Assembly (NCBI GenBank): GCA_964035545.1
Contig: OZ037771.1
Span: 1,933,628 to 1,997,627, forward strand
DNA length: 64,000 nucleotides
DNA from: Bugula neritina
Lineage: Eukaryota; Animalia; Bryozoa
Direction: 5' to 3'
Positions 51,389 to 61,600 of this stretch are shown in pieces; position 1 is the stretch's first letter; the number at the start of each line of letters is the position of its first letter. Under the pieces are notes generated by a model, which was not told the DNA's origin, did not search any database, and was given only the letters and a program-made list of their open reading frames with translations. The translations under genes were made by a program, and so were the position numbers.

Positions 51389-54300
51389 TCTCCGCCACCC
51401 GCAGGCCGAGTCTCCAGACTCACCCGAGGAGGGTTTACTCTGCACCCAGGGAGGCGCAGACGGAACCCCCCTCATCTGAATGGCAAGCTCCCCGGAGAAC
51501 TTGGAGGCCGAAAGGCCTGCCCGAACCTCCAGCTTGGCCACTCAACAACCGGTTCGCGGGGTTACCCGAGGAGGTTGTGGAGGAGGATACTGATTCCGAC
51601 CGGGATTTCCCCCGACTGCCCTCCAAACCTCAGAAAACCCCCGTGGTCCCTAGGACGTGTAAGAGGCCTACCGTCCAGACCCAAGAAGTGTCTCCCCCAG
51701 AGACAGACTACTCGAAGCACACCCAACCATACGGAAGCAGCTATTTCCTGCCCGGCAAGATTGCGGGCAAAGCTGCCACCTTCCTGTTGGACACCGGGTG
51801 CACCACAAACCTTCTGAGTAGGCGTCTCTTCGACACTCTTGGCGCTCGGGAGCGGGAAAGCCTCAAGCCGTATAATGGTGAGCACGGTACGTTGGCGGAC
51901 GGATCGAGCATACCATTTTACGGCCTCATCTCACTACCCGGAAGAGTTCGGGATCTCGTAATCCACGAGACCTTCATAGTGAGTCACCTGAAGGAGGATG
52001 CTATCCTTGGCATGCCCTTCCTTGAGGAGCATCAATGCCACATGGACTTCAACAAGTCAGCAATAGTGGTGGATGGCAAGGAACTTACCTGCGTGGATAA
52101 GTTCGGCAGGCCTCTGGTAGGAGGCGTACAGGTGGTCCGGGACAGCCTAATTCCCGGGCGCTCTCAGGCTACACTCCTGTGCAGGGTCAACTGCAAGGAG
52201 ATCTCTGAGCTAGGGGTTGTGGAGGGCATGCACGGAAAGGTACAGTTGGCAAACAGCCTGAATCGGCTAGACTGCCGTGGAGAGTTCCTGGTGCAGTGCA
52301 TCAACCCCTACGCGGAGCCGGTGAATTTATCGGCTGGTTCACTGGTGGGCAGGTATCACTCGGTTCAGGAGACTGATGTTGGGCCCACACTCGATGCGAC
52401 GTCGGAGACACCGAGTCGCCCCCTGGAGTCTGGCATGGGGCCAGTCCCGGAGCATGTGGCGGAATTATACAAGGGAGCCTGTGGTGGTTGTGGAAGTAAC
52501 GTGGAGCGCCAACGGATGGCCCAGTTACTTCGAGAGTACCAAGATGTATTCAGCCAAGGAGACGAGGACATGGGGTTGACTAACGTAGTGCGGCACGAGA
52601 TACCCCTAGTAACAGGGACTGCCCCCATACGACAACCCACTCGACGGCTGGGCCCGGAAAAGGAGAGGGAGGTTAGCCGGCAAGTCCAGGACTTGCTTGA
52701 TCGGGACCTGATTGAGCCAGCCCACGGTGCGTGGAGCTCACCAGTCGTCCTGGTCAAAAAGAAGGATGGGAGCTGGAGATTCTGCGTTGATTACCGCAAG
52801 TTGAACAGCGTCACCATCCAGGATGCCTACCCTCTCCCCCGGATAGACGAGTCGCTAGATGCCCTCGCGGGAAGTAGATACTTCAGCACGCTGGACCTAC
52901 TGAGTGGGTACTGGCAAGTACCCCTCAGTCCTGATGCACAGGACAAGGCCGCGTTCATCACCCGCGATGGCCTCTGGAAATGGAAGGTGTTGCCATTCGG
53001 GCTGACATCCGCCCCGGCCACCTTTCAGCGGCTCATGGAGCAGGTCCTCAGTGGGTTACACTGGAAGACGCTGCTAGTCTATCTGGACGACGTCATTGTT
53101 ATCTCGCCAGACTTTTCGACTCATGTCAGTCGTCTACGCGAGGTCTTTGACCGTCTCCGGGCCGCCGGGCTAAAGCTTAAACCCTCGAAATGTGCCCTCC
53201 TGCAGCAGGAAGTCAAATATCTCGGACATGTGGTCAGCCGGGACGGCGTTGCTACCGACCCCGAGAAAGTACGGGCCGTACAAGACTGGACTGTTCCCCA
53301 AGATATCCATGAACTGAGAGCGTTCCTAGGACTGGTGGGATATTATCGGCAATATATCCCCGAATTCGCAGGTGTGGCACAGCCATTGAATCGGCTAACC
53401 GCCAAAGGAGTCCGGTGGCGTTGGACTCAGGAAGAGCAACAGGCTTTTGATCATCTCAAGGCCCGGCTAGTGGAGGCACCCATCCTGGCTTACCCCGACC
53501 CGACCAAACAGTATATCTTGGATACAGATGCCAGCGACCACAGCATGGGGGCTGTGTTGTCCCAGGTACAAGGAGGTACCGAGGTAGTGGTGGCGTATTA
53601 CAGCAAGGCCCTCTCCACCGCCGAAAGAAACTACTGCACGACCAGGAAGGAACTCCTAGCAGTAGTTAAGGCGGTGAAGCATTTCCGGCCATATCTATAT
53701 GGTAGAACGTTCAGATTACGAACTGACCATGCATCGTTGATATGGCTGTGCAAACGGGCCGAACCCCCCAGCCAGGTTGCCAGGTGGCTCGAAATACTTG
53801 CAGAATTCTCATATCGGATTGAACATCGCGCCGGCCGGAAGCATGGAAATGCTGATGGTCTGAGCCGTCGTCCAGAGAGAGACTGCAAGCAATGCCTCCA
53901 TATAGAGAAGCGGGACGGGGGACCCGCCCGCTCGGAAGTTGAGACACAACTGAAGAAAACAGAAGCCTACAGGTGGGAACAAGGCCGACTACAATCCGAT
54001 GTCCATTCAGATGCTGTCCAGGCCCTTCGGGTCAACCCCACCTTAGCCAGAAATGTCCAGGACTTGTGCCGATTACAGGAAACCCTGCCGGGGGTAGTGG
54101 GAGAGATATTCAGGGCCAAGAAGGAGGGGCGCCGGCCAGGTGAAGAGGAGCAGCGGCAGAAGGGCGTTGAATTCCAACAGTTCTGCCACCGCTGGGACTC
54201 CCTCAAATTCAACTCGGACGGATTGCTAACCATCTCCTTGGCAGCAGACAGGCAACACCAGGAACGGGAGCGGGTTGTGTGCCCACACCCCCTCCGGAGA

Positions 54301-56364
54301 GAGCTCATCTGGGAGACTCACAAGCAAGCCCATGCGGGGACCAGTAGAGTGATTCGGTGCCTACAGATGCGGTGGTACTGGCCTGGGATGACAAGGGATG
54401 TGAGGCTACAGATCCGGCAATGTGAAATCTGCCAGGCGAGTAAGCATGGCCGTTCCACCGAGACCACGGGACGGCGCAGGCTGTACGCCGGTCGCCCGTG
54501 GCAGACAGTGGCAGTCGACTTGGTGGGTCCCATGCCGACGTCCGCTCGTGGAAACAACTGGATTCTGGTACTAACGGATCATTTTACTAGGTGGGCAGAT
54601 GCCTTGGCAATCCCGGACGCCTCCGCCCCGACGGTAGCCCGAGCTTTAGATCAGCACGTTTTCTGCTATTTCGGGCTACCGGAGCAGATCCACACAGATC
54701 AAGGGGCACAGTTCCAATCACAGCTGATGAGGGACCTCTGTCGGGTATGGGGGGTCAACCAAAGTAGGACCACCCCCTACCACCCCCAAGGAAATGGCGT
54801 AGTGGAACGCAACAACAGGATGTTGGGCGACGCCCTGAGGAGTCTACTACTAGGGAAAAGCCAAGAAGAATGGGACGCCGTGCTACCCCAGATCATGCGT
54901 GCATATCGCAGTACTCCCCACTCTAGCACCCAGGAGACACCCAACTTCCTAATGCTAGGCCGGGAAACGCGGGTCCCGGATCATCTCACGTACCACGTCC
55001 CCCTCCCAGAGGGACCTGTCCACGAATACGTGAGAGAGCTGGTTGATAGGATGAGGACGGCCCATGAGGTCTTAAGGGAAAAACAATGGCAAGTGCGAGG
55101 GGAAGACTCGGACGAGCCCCCACTCTACCAGGCTGGCGATTGGGTATGGATGATTAGTTACAGGAGGAAGCGCGGACAGTCGGCTAAATTACAGCCCAAG
55201 TTCGTGGGACCATACTGCATCATCGAAGTGCTACCCAATCACACGTACCGCGTAGAACGCTCCGGACAGATTTCCGTCCAAAGCGAGAAACGCTTAAAAC
55301 CGTACTGGGCCAGCCCTGGGGCAGTAGGACAAGCACCACCGCTCCTGGAGCCAGCACGACGACCCACCGGGGGAGGAAGGGCGCCCCCCACCCGAGAGTG
55401 GGAACTTCCCTATAACATACCGGAGGGAAACCCCGAAGCACAAGAACCACCCCCCACTGTGCAAGAGCCCCCCGAGCAACCAGCACCTCAGGCGCCCCCA
55501 CCAGTAAGACCACCCCCCGCCATACCAGAGAGGTTAGACCCACCTACCCTGGAAGTAGGAGAGAGAAGAGCCACCAACCCTGGGGGACAGGCCACTTTGC
55601 CAGACACAGAAGGCCTAAGGCGTAGCCAGAGGACTCGAAGACCTCCTGGGTACTTAGGGGAATATTACTGTGGCCAGATAGGGAAAGGATACCCTAGCTC
55701 GGAGGACGAAGGGCCCCCCTTGTATTACAACTATTCACCACCTAACCACACCACCAGGGAGGCTCGATATCGGCAGGGGATCACTTCGATGTTCCTCACC
55801 CAGATCGGACAAAAACCCGATCCCGAAGTTGGAAAAACCCAGGCGAGGGACTCTCGCGATAAACCACGAACGCATACTTCGTTCATTCCAATCGCAGCAA
55901 GCACACACGCCACACGGAATTTAATCTCTCGCCATCTAACAAATATGGATATTACACCCACTCACCTGAATGTTGAAGAAGAGTCCAGCACACACCCTGG
56001 TAAGTCCACTAGACTAGAATTACCTCCTATACCGGAGAATTGTCTAGGTGGTGATGACAGTAGAAACTCGAACTCTGATTCCCAGAGTAAGTTCGAGATG
56101 TGGAGAACTCACACTTGGAACTCTGAAGGGTCAGACTCAGAGTCACCCAACAGAGATTACCTACTTGACCAGGACATTCAGAGTGTCACTCTACCCCCAC
56201 CTCGGCAGCTCGCAGTATCGCGACGAGTGCCATACAAGGATATCACTAATAATGGAGTGAGTCAGCCATCACGAGTTGGAGATATTGGCCTGGACCGGAT
56301 CTCTGAGGAACTAGGACGCATACGACGCAGACTGCAGGACCTGGAGCAGCCCGCTCAACCCTAA
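51301..56364 (+). CDS. pol: Pol polyprotein (PR, RT, RNase H, integrase, long C-terminal extension), in the -1 frame relative to gag
   Basis: Protease LLDTGCT; RT WRFCVDYRKLN, LPFGL, YLDD; RNase H ILDTDAS; integrase H..H..CEIC, VDLVGP, TDQG, VERNN; KFVGPY motif. Confidence 0.97.
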   Translation: MLEVWDNRSCATRLSPRTQRSFKHPRPAVISATRRPSLQTHPRRVYSAPREAQTEPPSSEWQAPRRTWRPKGLPEPPAWPLNNRFAGLPEEVVEEDTDSDRDFPRLPSKPQKTPVVPRTCKRPTVQTQEVSPPETDYSKHTQPYGSSYFLPGKIAGKAATFLLDTGCTTNLLSRRLFDTLGARERESLKPYNGEHGTLADGSSIPFYGLISLPGRVRDLVIHETFIVSHLKEDAILGMPFLEEHQCHMDFNKSAIVVDGKELTCVDKFGRPLVGGVQVVRDSLIPGRSQATLLCRVNCKEISELGVVEGMHGKVQLANSLNRLDCRGEFLVQCINPYAEPVNLSAGSLVGRYHSVQETDVGPTLDATSETPSRPLESGMGPVPEHVAELYKGACGGCGSNVERQRMAQLLREYQDVFSQGDEDMGLTNVVRHEIPLVTGTAPIRQPTRRLGPEKEREVSRQVQDLLDRDLIEPAHGAWSSPVVLVKKKDGSWRFCVDYRKLNSVTIQDAYPLPRIDESLDALAGSRYFSTLDLLSGYWQVPLSPDAQDKAAFITRDGLWKWKVLPFGLTSAPATFQRLMEQVLSGLHWKTLLVYLDDVIVISPDFSTHVSRLREVFDRLRAAGLKLKPSKCALLQQEVKYLGHVVSRDGVATDPEKVRAVQDWTVPQDIHELRAFLGLVGYYRQYIPEFAGVAQPLNRLTAKGVRWRWTQEEQQAFDHLKARLVEAPILAYPDPTKQYILDTDASDHSMGAVLSQVQGGTEVVVAYYSKALSTAERNYCTTRKELLAVVKAVKHFRPYLYGRTFRLRTDHASLIWLCKRAEPPSQVARWLEILAEFSYRIEHRAGRKHGNADGLSRRPERDCKQCLHIEKRDGGPARSEVETQLKKTEAYRWEQGRLQSDVHSDAVQALRVNPTLARNVQDLCRLQETLPGVVGEIFRAKKEGRRPGEEEQRQKGVEFQQFCHRWDSLKFNSDGLLTISLAADRQHQERERVVCPHPLRRELIWETHKQAHAGTSRVIRCLQMRWYWPGMTRDVRLQIRQCEICQASKHGRSTETTGRRRLYAGRPWQTVAVDLVGPMPTSARGNNWILVLTDHFTRWADALAIPDASAPTVARALDQHVFCYFGLPEQIHTDQGAQFQSQLMRDLCRVWGVNQSRTTPYHPQGNGVVERNNRMLGDALRSLLLGKSQEEWDAVLPQIMRAYRSTPHSSTQETPNFLMLGRETRVPDHLTYHVPLPEGPVHEYVRELVDRMRTAHEVLREKQWQVRGEDSDEPPLYQAGDWVWMISYRRKRGQSAKLQPKFVGPYCIIEVLPNHTYRVERSGQISVQSEKRLKPYWASPGAVGQAPPLLEPARRPTGGGRAPPTREWELPYNIPEGNPEAQEPPPTVQEPPEQPAPQAPPPVRPPPAIPERLDPPTLEVGERRATNPGGQATLPDTEGLRRSQRTRRPPGYLGEYYCGQIGKGYPSSEDEGPPLYYNYSPPNHTTREARYRQGITSMFLTQIGQKPDPEVGKTQARDSRDKPRTHTSFIPIAASTHATRNLISRHLTNMDITPTHLNVEEESSTHPGKSTRLELPPIPENCLGGDDSRNSNSDSQSKFEMWRTHTWNSEGSDSESPNRDYLLDQDIQSVTLPPPRQLAVSRRVPYKDITNNGVSQPSRVGDIGLDRISEELGRIRRRLQDLEQPAQP
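51364..51407 (+). promoter_or_regulatory. -1 programmed ribosomal frameshift signal
   Basis: Slippery heptamer T TTA AAC in the gag frame, 6-nt spacer, 9-bp stem GGCCTGCGG (51377-51385) / CCGCAGGCC (51399-51407). Confidence 0.85.
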
Positions 56365-56551
56365 TGGTGACACTTCTCTTTATGTAGATATATATTCTTG
56401 TGTGTATTAACTCATTATCCCTTAACAATTTCTATCTGATATATTTTTGTTTGTGTGTCATTTTAGAGCTCCCTTACATGTATTTTCTTTTATTTTGTTT
56501 TCCTTCTTTTTAATATTATTATTATATCAGAAAGGGGTTGTACTTTCTGAT

Positions 56552-56562
56552 GGAGGGGAGTG
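56552..56562 (+). promoter_or_regulatory. Polypurine tract
   Basis: GGAGGGGAG(TG) immediately before the 3' LTR. Confidence 0.85.
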
Positions 56563-57281
56563 TGTGGTAAAATTGTGTATAGTATAACTAATGCTTATAT
56601 TTTTCCTTACTAGTATTAACTTCATTCCCATGGAATGCGTGTTTTCTTAGATATACATCATTACATAGCCATAGTATTGTAACAGCTAAGTGTTATGTTG
56701 GCAATGATGGGATTAGCTATTATTCCCAGCTACTTACTACTACTGACGTGACTGGATTAGCTATTGTTTCTGACGGCTCACAGGAACACTTATATAATCA
56801 AGATAACCGGGATTTCCCTGCGAAGTTCGCTCGATTCGAGCGATTCCTTTGTTCTAGCCCTGCGAATCCCCTGCGATTCGAGCGAATTCCCTCGAATTCG
56901 CTCGGAATATTCTAGTGGGAATGTTCCCAATGTATAAAAGGAGGCCCTCAACACAGTAGAGTCAGTCTTCAGCCAGCAGCACAACAGGACACATCTCGGA
57001 GCTACCAAGCCAGGACAATAACACACTTAGTTAATTATCTTATACTTTGTTTACCAGTTTACTAGTAAGTTTTCCATACATGTAAGGAGTTGTCCTCCCT
57101 AACTGCTATTTTTGGATTTATATATATTATGGAGTAAATAAAGGGGATTGTGAGTATTACATTTCTTATTTATTGTGCATAAATACCCTCCTACAAAGAG
57201 TCACTGTGTTCAATCAGCTAACAACCCACACCAATAATTGCATGCAGCGAATCATAACATTCTACGCATAAAATTATTACA
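56563..57281 (+). repeat. 3' LTR (719 bp)
   Basis: Copy of 49500-50218; no differences seen by eye. Confidence 0.97.
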
Positions 57282-57773
57282 ATACTACAGTATGTACTAC
57301 TTATATAAACACTGATGTTGGTAGAGGAATATTTTGTCATAAAATCCAATCAAATATCGCAACCGCAATGACTTGAAGAAATTAAACATATATCTTAGCT
57401 GCCTAACAGATCAATTTAGAGTTCAGACTTTAGAGTTTAGACTGCAAGTCATGCCCAGGCCCCAGACATCTGTGGTTAATGCAGTAGACATGAACATTAC
57501 TTGTGATCAACCAACAGTAGGGATAAGGTTTGAGTACATACCATCAATATTAAGAAAGTAGGCCGTTGCTTGTAGCTTCAACCATGTTTGATGAGTCATC
57601 TACAAGCAGCAAACCCTACTTCCTGCTTTTGTGGCAGCAGTTTACCTTCTGCTGCTGGGCTGAGGTAGGTGCAGCAATGAAAAAATTGAAAAGACTCTGT
57701 CTTCTATTATAATTTAATGTAAGAAGTTAGATAACAATAGCTATAACAATTTTCCTATTTTGTGGATTTGTAC

Positions 57774-57908
57774 TATAAGCAGCTCCAAGTTGGGTGTAAA
57801 TGCATGCAGCAGTTTGGGGTTTTCAAGTTTGAAGTTGGGGGGCCTAACTCCAAACTTGAGGAGCTCAAACTACTGCACCCAGTCACTCCCAGTTTAGAGC
57901 TGCATATA
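57774..57908. mobile_element. ~135-bp palindromic MITE-like element
   Basis: Arms of about 60 bp, TAAGCAGCTCCAAGTTGGG..CAAGTTTGAAGTT / AACTCCAAACTTG..CCCAGTTTAGAGCTGCATA, flanked by TA. Confidence 0.6.
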
Positions 57909-58696
57909 GAACCATTATATTATGGGTATGTAAGCTTTTGCATTTCAGCTGCCGTAAAAGTCAACACCTGGATGTGGTTATAGTTAGTTACTGGAGGAGG
58001 TTTATAAGTTCCATAAAATTAAAACTTAAAAATTTTATACAAAATTAATTTAGAAATGATTTCTTTATACTACTGCGCATAAAATAGTCAATTAGTAAAA
58101 AATGAGAAAGTTTATAGAAGTTTTGTGGGGTTAAAATGCAGTGTGTTCAGCTTACACTCCAAACTGAAAATATAAATCTAATATAATAAGAAAATCAAAC
58201 AAAGAATGCTGTGAGACAAATTGAATTAATGCTTAAACTATTGCAAAACATTAGCCACTAAAAGACTAAAGTTACAGTAATATACTTTTTATAGCCGTAC
58301 GGCAGTGATACAGTCTGCAAGGCTAGCTCACAGTTACACTGAAAACCACAAATTAGGGGACTTTGATATGACAGCCCGCGAGTGCATTACACTATAGGAT
58401 AAAGCAGCATTCCATTGCTTGTTATTCCCATTAAAACAGGTTCTTGTGGTTTTTGTGAAGTAGGATAAAAGTTAGACTAGCGACATTAGTGTAACTAGTT
58501 ACTCGATGACTACAAGCCTCGCTGTCTATAACTCACGATGCCCAAGCTGGCATGTTAGCAGCAGCAGAGCAAAACACTAACTAAAACACATTTGATTCTA
58601 AGATCATATATTCACTATTCCACTATGAATTTGAATCCTACAAACTACTATGAAAGTCTTTCAAACTGAGTCGTATATTTTACTCAACTGGAAAAG

Positions 58697-61600
58697 ATGA
58701 CTAAGTCATTCGCAGCAGCAGCTTTACCAAGTTTGAATAAAACCATGAAAGTGACACCTAAGAAGATAACCAAGAGATCACTGAGTGCAGACGTTGTGTG
58801 GAAAATTGTTATTACTACAGTTGCGTCAGTCTTCATTGCCTACAGTCTGTACGAGGTTTATAATTTGAAGGCACAGCTCAATGATCTACAGTCGGTTGTT
58901 GAAACCAGGTGCTCTTCTCAGGTTAGTGGAGCTTCTAGTCTGTTCTGTGAGAAATAGAACTTTTAATTATTATGTTTTGCATTAGAAAGTGAAGCCCAGA
59001 ACTCTCTTTCTACTTGCAAACCCAAGAATGAAAAAGAATATTATGACTATAAGAGTATAACCATAGACAATGATACTTACAATGGAATATAGCGTTAATT
59101 TATGACATTTTAAGGCAGTAAAATGTGTCTTGTTTTTAAAAAATTATCATTTTGATGGCAAGGTGGTGTATACACACACTGCCTTACATCAATAAATGGT
59201 TATAGGAGTTCCTATGTAAATGATATTCTATAGAAAAAAACCTATACTTTTAGTTTTAGTTAATCTCCATGATTTTTATAGGCTAATAGTAAATCTATAA
59301 TATATTCTTCAAAAGTTTGATTTGAGTGGTTAAGTTGCGGACAAATTTTTCAATTATTCTTTTAAAAACATATATAAGTGAAATATGGCTTCTAAATGAT
59401 GGAGAGCAGCAAAAAAAAGTTGTAGCTGATAGAATTTATTTTCTTGTAGTCTAAAAAGGAACCAGTAACTCCCAAAGAGAGAAGATCCATTGGCTTTGAG
59501 ACTCAAAGTAATACAATTTTAGACATTGATGTTGATGATATCGTACACCCAACCCTCCAATCTCTGACTGCAAAGTAATAGCAATTTTAATTTCATTAAC
59601 TCTCATTTATTGGCTATGTTTATGTTATTATTAGTTTCTTAGGGGTCTTCATTTAGGAAGAGCGCAAGTCAGGCAATCTCTTTGTTGTATGCTGTTAAAA
59701 TAATTCTTTGTACTATAATTGAGCACTGCTATCACTTGAACTTTTAAGTACTTTATAAGAGATTTTTGCTTTTGCTGGATGATTTAGAGTTGGACTTTAT
59801 TAAGATTCAAATGTTTTTATACAAAAAAACACAGCTTTTTGTGTTATAATTATTTGTCAGGGCAGTAAAAAATACAAGTTTTTGCCTCCCCCTCCCCCTA
59901 TGCTATGTATGCAAACAAAAGTTACATAATCAATATTTTATAGATTGTAAAAAATCAGTTTTTAACATAACAATTGATATATTAAATAATTGAAAAAACA
60001 TTAGCAATATCTTGATTCGTGTTTTTAAGAACGACTAAATCAGTGCCTGCCACCCAAAGCTCACCTGTCATTAAAACTCGAAAGAAGAAAAAGAGTAACA
60101 AGCAAGATGGTGGTAGTAGTCAGCAAGATTCAGGTGATTACCTGACACCAACTAATATCGACAGCAGAAAAATTAGGAGTGGTAAGTAACAGCATGTTCA
60201 ACTATATACTCTTAGCCTGATTCCCACCTAGTGAGGCCCACAGCTGGGCTGTTACTGATCAGGGTGAACGTGTCATGAAAGTGGCATCTTTTTGCTAAAA
60301 TTGTAGAAGATTCTGCCCCCCCCCCCACTGAGAATCTAACCTCAGATTTTTAACTTGCAAGCCAGCAGTTAACCATTAAACTACAGGAGCTACTGGGAAT
60401 TCAAAAGCCACAAATATGATCTATTTTACTGATTTTACAGCACTAATTTTCAATTTGCCAATTTGCCTCTCTTGTGTGCAAATGTTGTGCAGAGAGCCTG
60501 CATTCTAACTACAAGACTAACCACTACAAGTCAAGTATTGCTTGAGTGTTACTCAGGACTAGTCAGGTGTTACTCAAGTGTTACTCAGGACGAGTCACTA
60601 CAAGTTAAGTATTGCTCGAGTGTTACTCGGGACTAGTCACTTGTTACTCAAGTATTGCTCAAGTGTTACTCAGGACTAGTCAGGTGTTACTCAAGTATTG
60701 CTCAAGTGCTACTCAGGACTAGTCAGGTGTTACTCAAGTATTGCTCAAGTGTTACTCTAGTGTCACTCAAATAAATCTAAATTAGCAAAAAGCAAAATCA
60801 AAAGCATATGGAGACAATAAGCAGCAGCTGACTAAGTAACTAGTAAAGAATACTTTTTGGCTGCTGTGTGCAATAGCTGATTCATAGTTCAAAGGTTAAC
60901 ATGACAATTGACAACCAGGTGATAATGATTGTTGCTATACAACACCAGTTGAAACTAACTGATATAAAACTAGTAATGGTTTGACCCTGACAATTCATAT
61001 TAATTATGGAGCACCTGGTTCAAATTAGTAGAAGAACAGCATAAGATATAGAAAGTGTAGCATTGTAAAGACAGACTTTTTGTGTTTCATATAACATGTG
61101 ACATCACCAATAACTTCTCTAAGAATAAAATCTGAAACCAACATCAAACAAATATCTAGTGGTGATCTATTAGTAGCCGTATATTTCAACTACAGCTATT
61201 GTGATAATGAACAGAATTTTTCCTTTTTTTGTTTAGAATCCTTATGTGTACAGTTGGTGGTTTTATTTCTTAGGTTCAACTTTTGTGAGGTGGGGCAAAC
61301 CTTCATGTCCCGAAGCTGCAAGTCCAGTGTATTCAGGTAGGCCATCTATCACGTGATGATTTGAAATAAGGAGCTTAGTCTACACCTAGCACATGGTTCA
61401 ATAACAGAACTTAGTTTAACTCTAACATGTATTTCACCCTAACAGTTGGCAATATGTATTCTGAAACAGGGGATGAACCTTGAAAATAATCTATTTTATT
61501 GTCTGCAGGCTTTATAGCAACTGAGTAATTAATTTTGTGGTTTTCTTCTCTTGTCATAGCAGCATTTTACATGGCAAAATTAACATAATGTTGATCCAAG

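Larger units (their letters stand above)
49500..57281 (+). mobile_element. Full-length Ty3/Gypsy LTR retrotransposon, 7782 bp, apparently intact
   Basis: Two TG...CA LTRs, 4-bp TSD ATAC (49496-49499 / 57282-57285), PBS, PPT, uninterrupted gag and pol in PR-RT-RH-IN order. Confidence 0.98.

Noticed and set aside
51435-55961. Multiple antisense and alternate-frame ORFs within pol
   Set aside because: Expected shadow ORFs in GC-rich coding sequence; no motifs
60320-60390. Minus-strand tRNA-like sequence (A-box TAGTTTAATGG, B-box-like GGTTAGATTC)
   Set aside because: Stems do not pair as a cloverleaf; at most a decayed SINE or tRNA pseudogene
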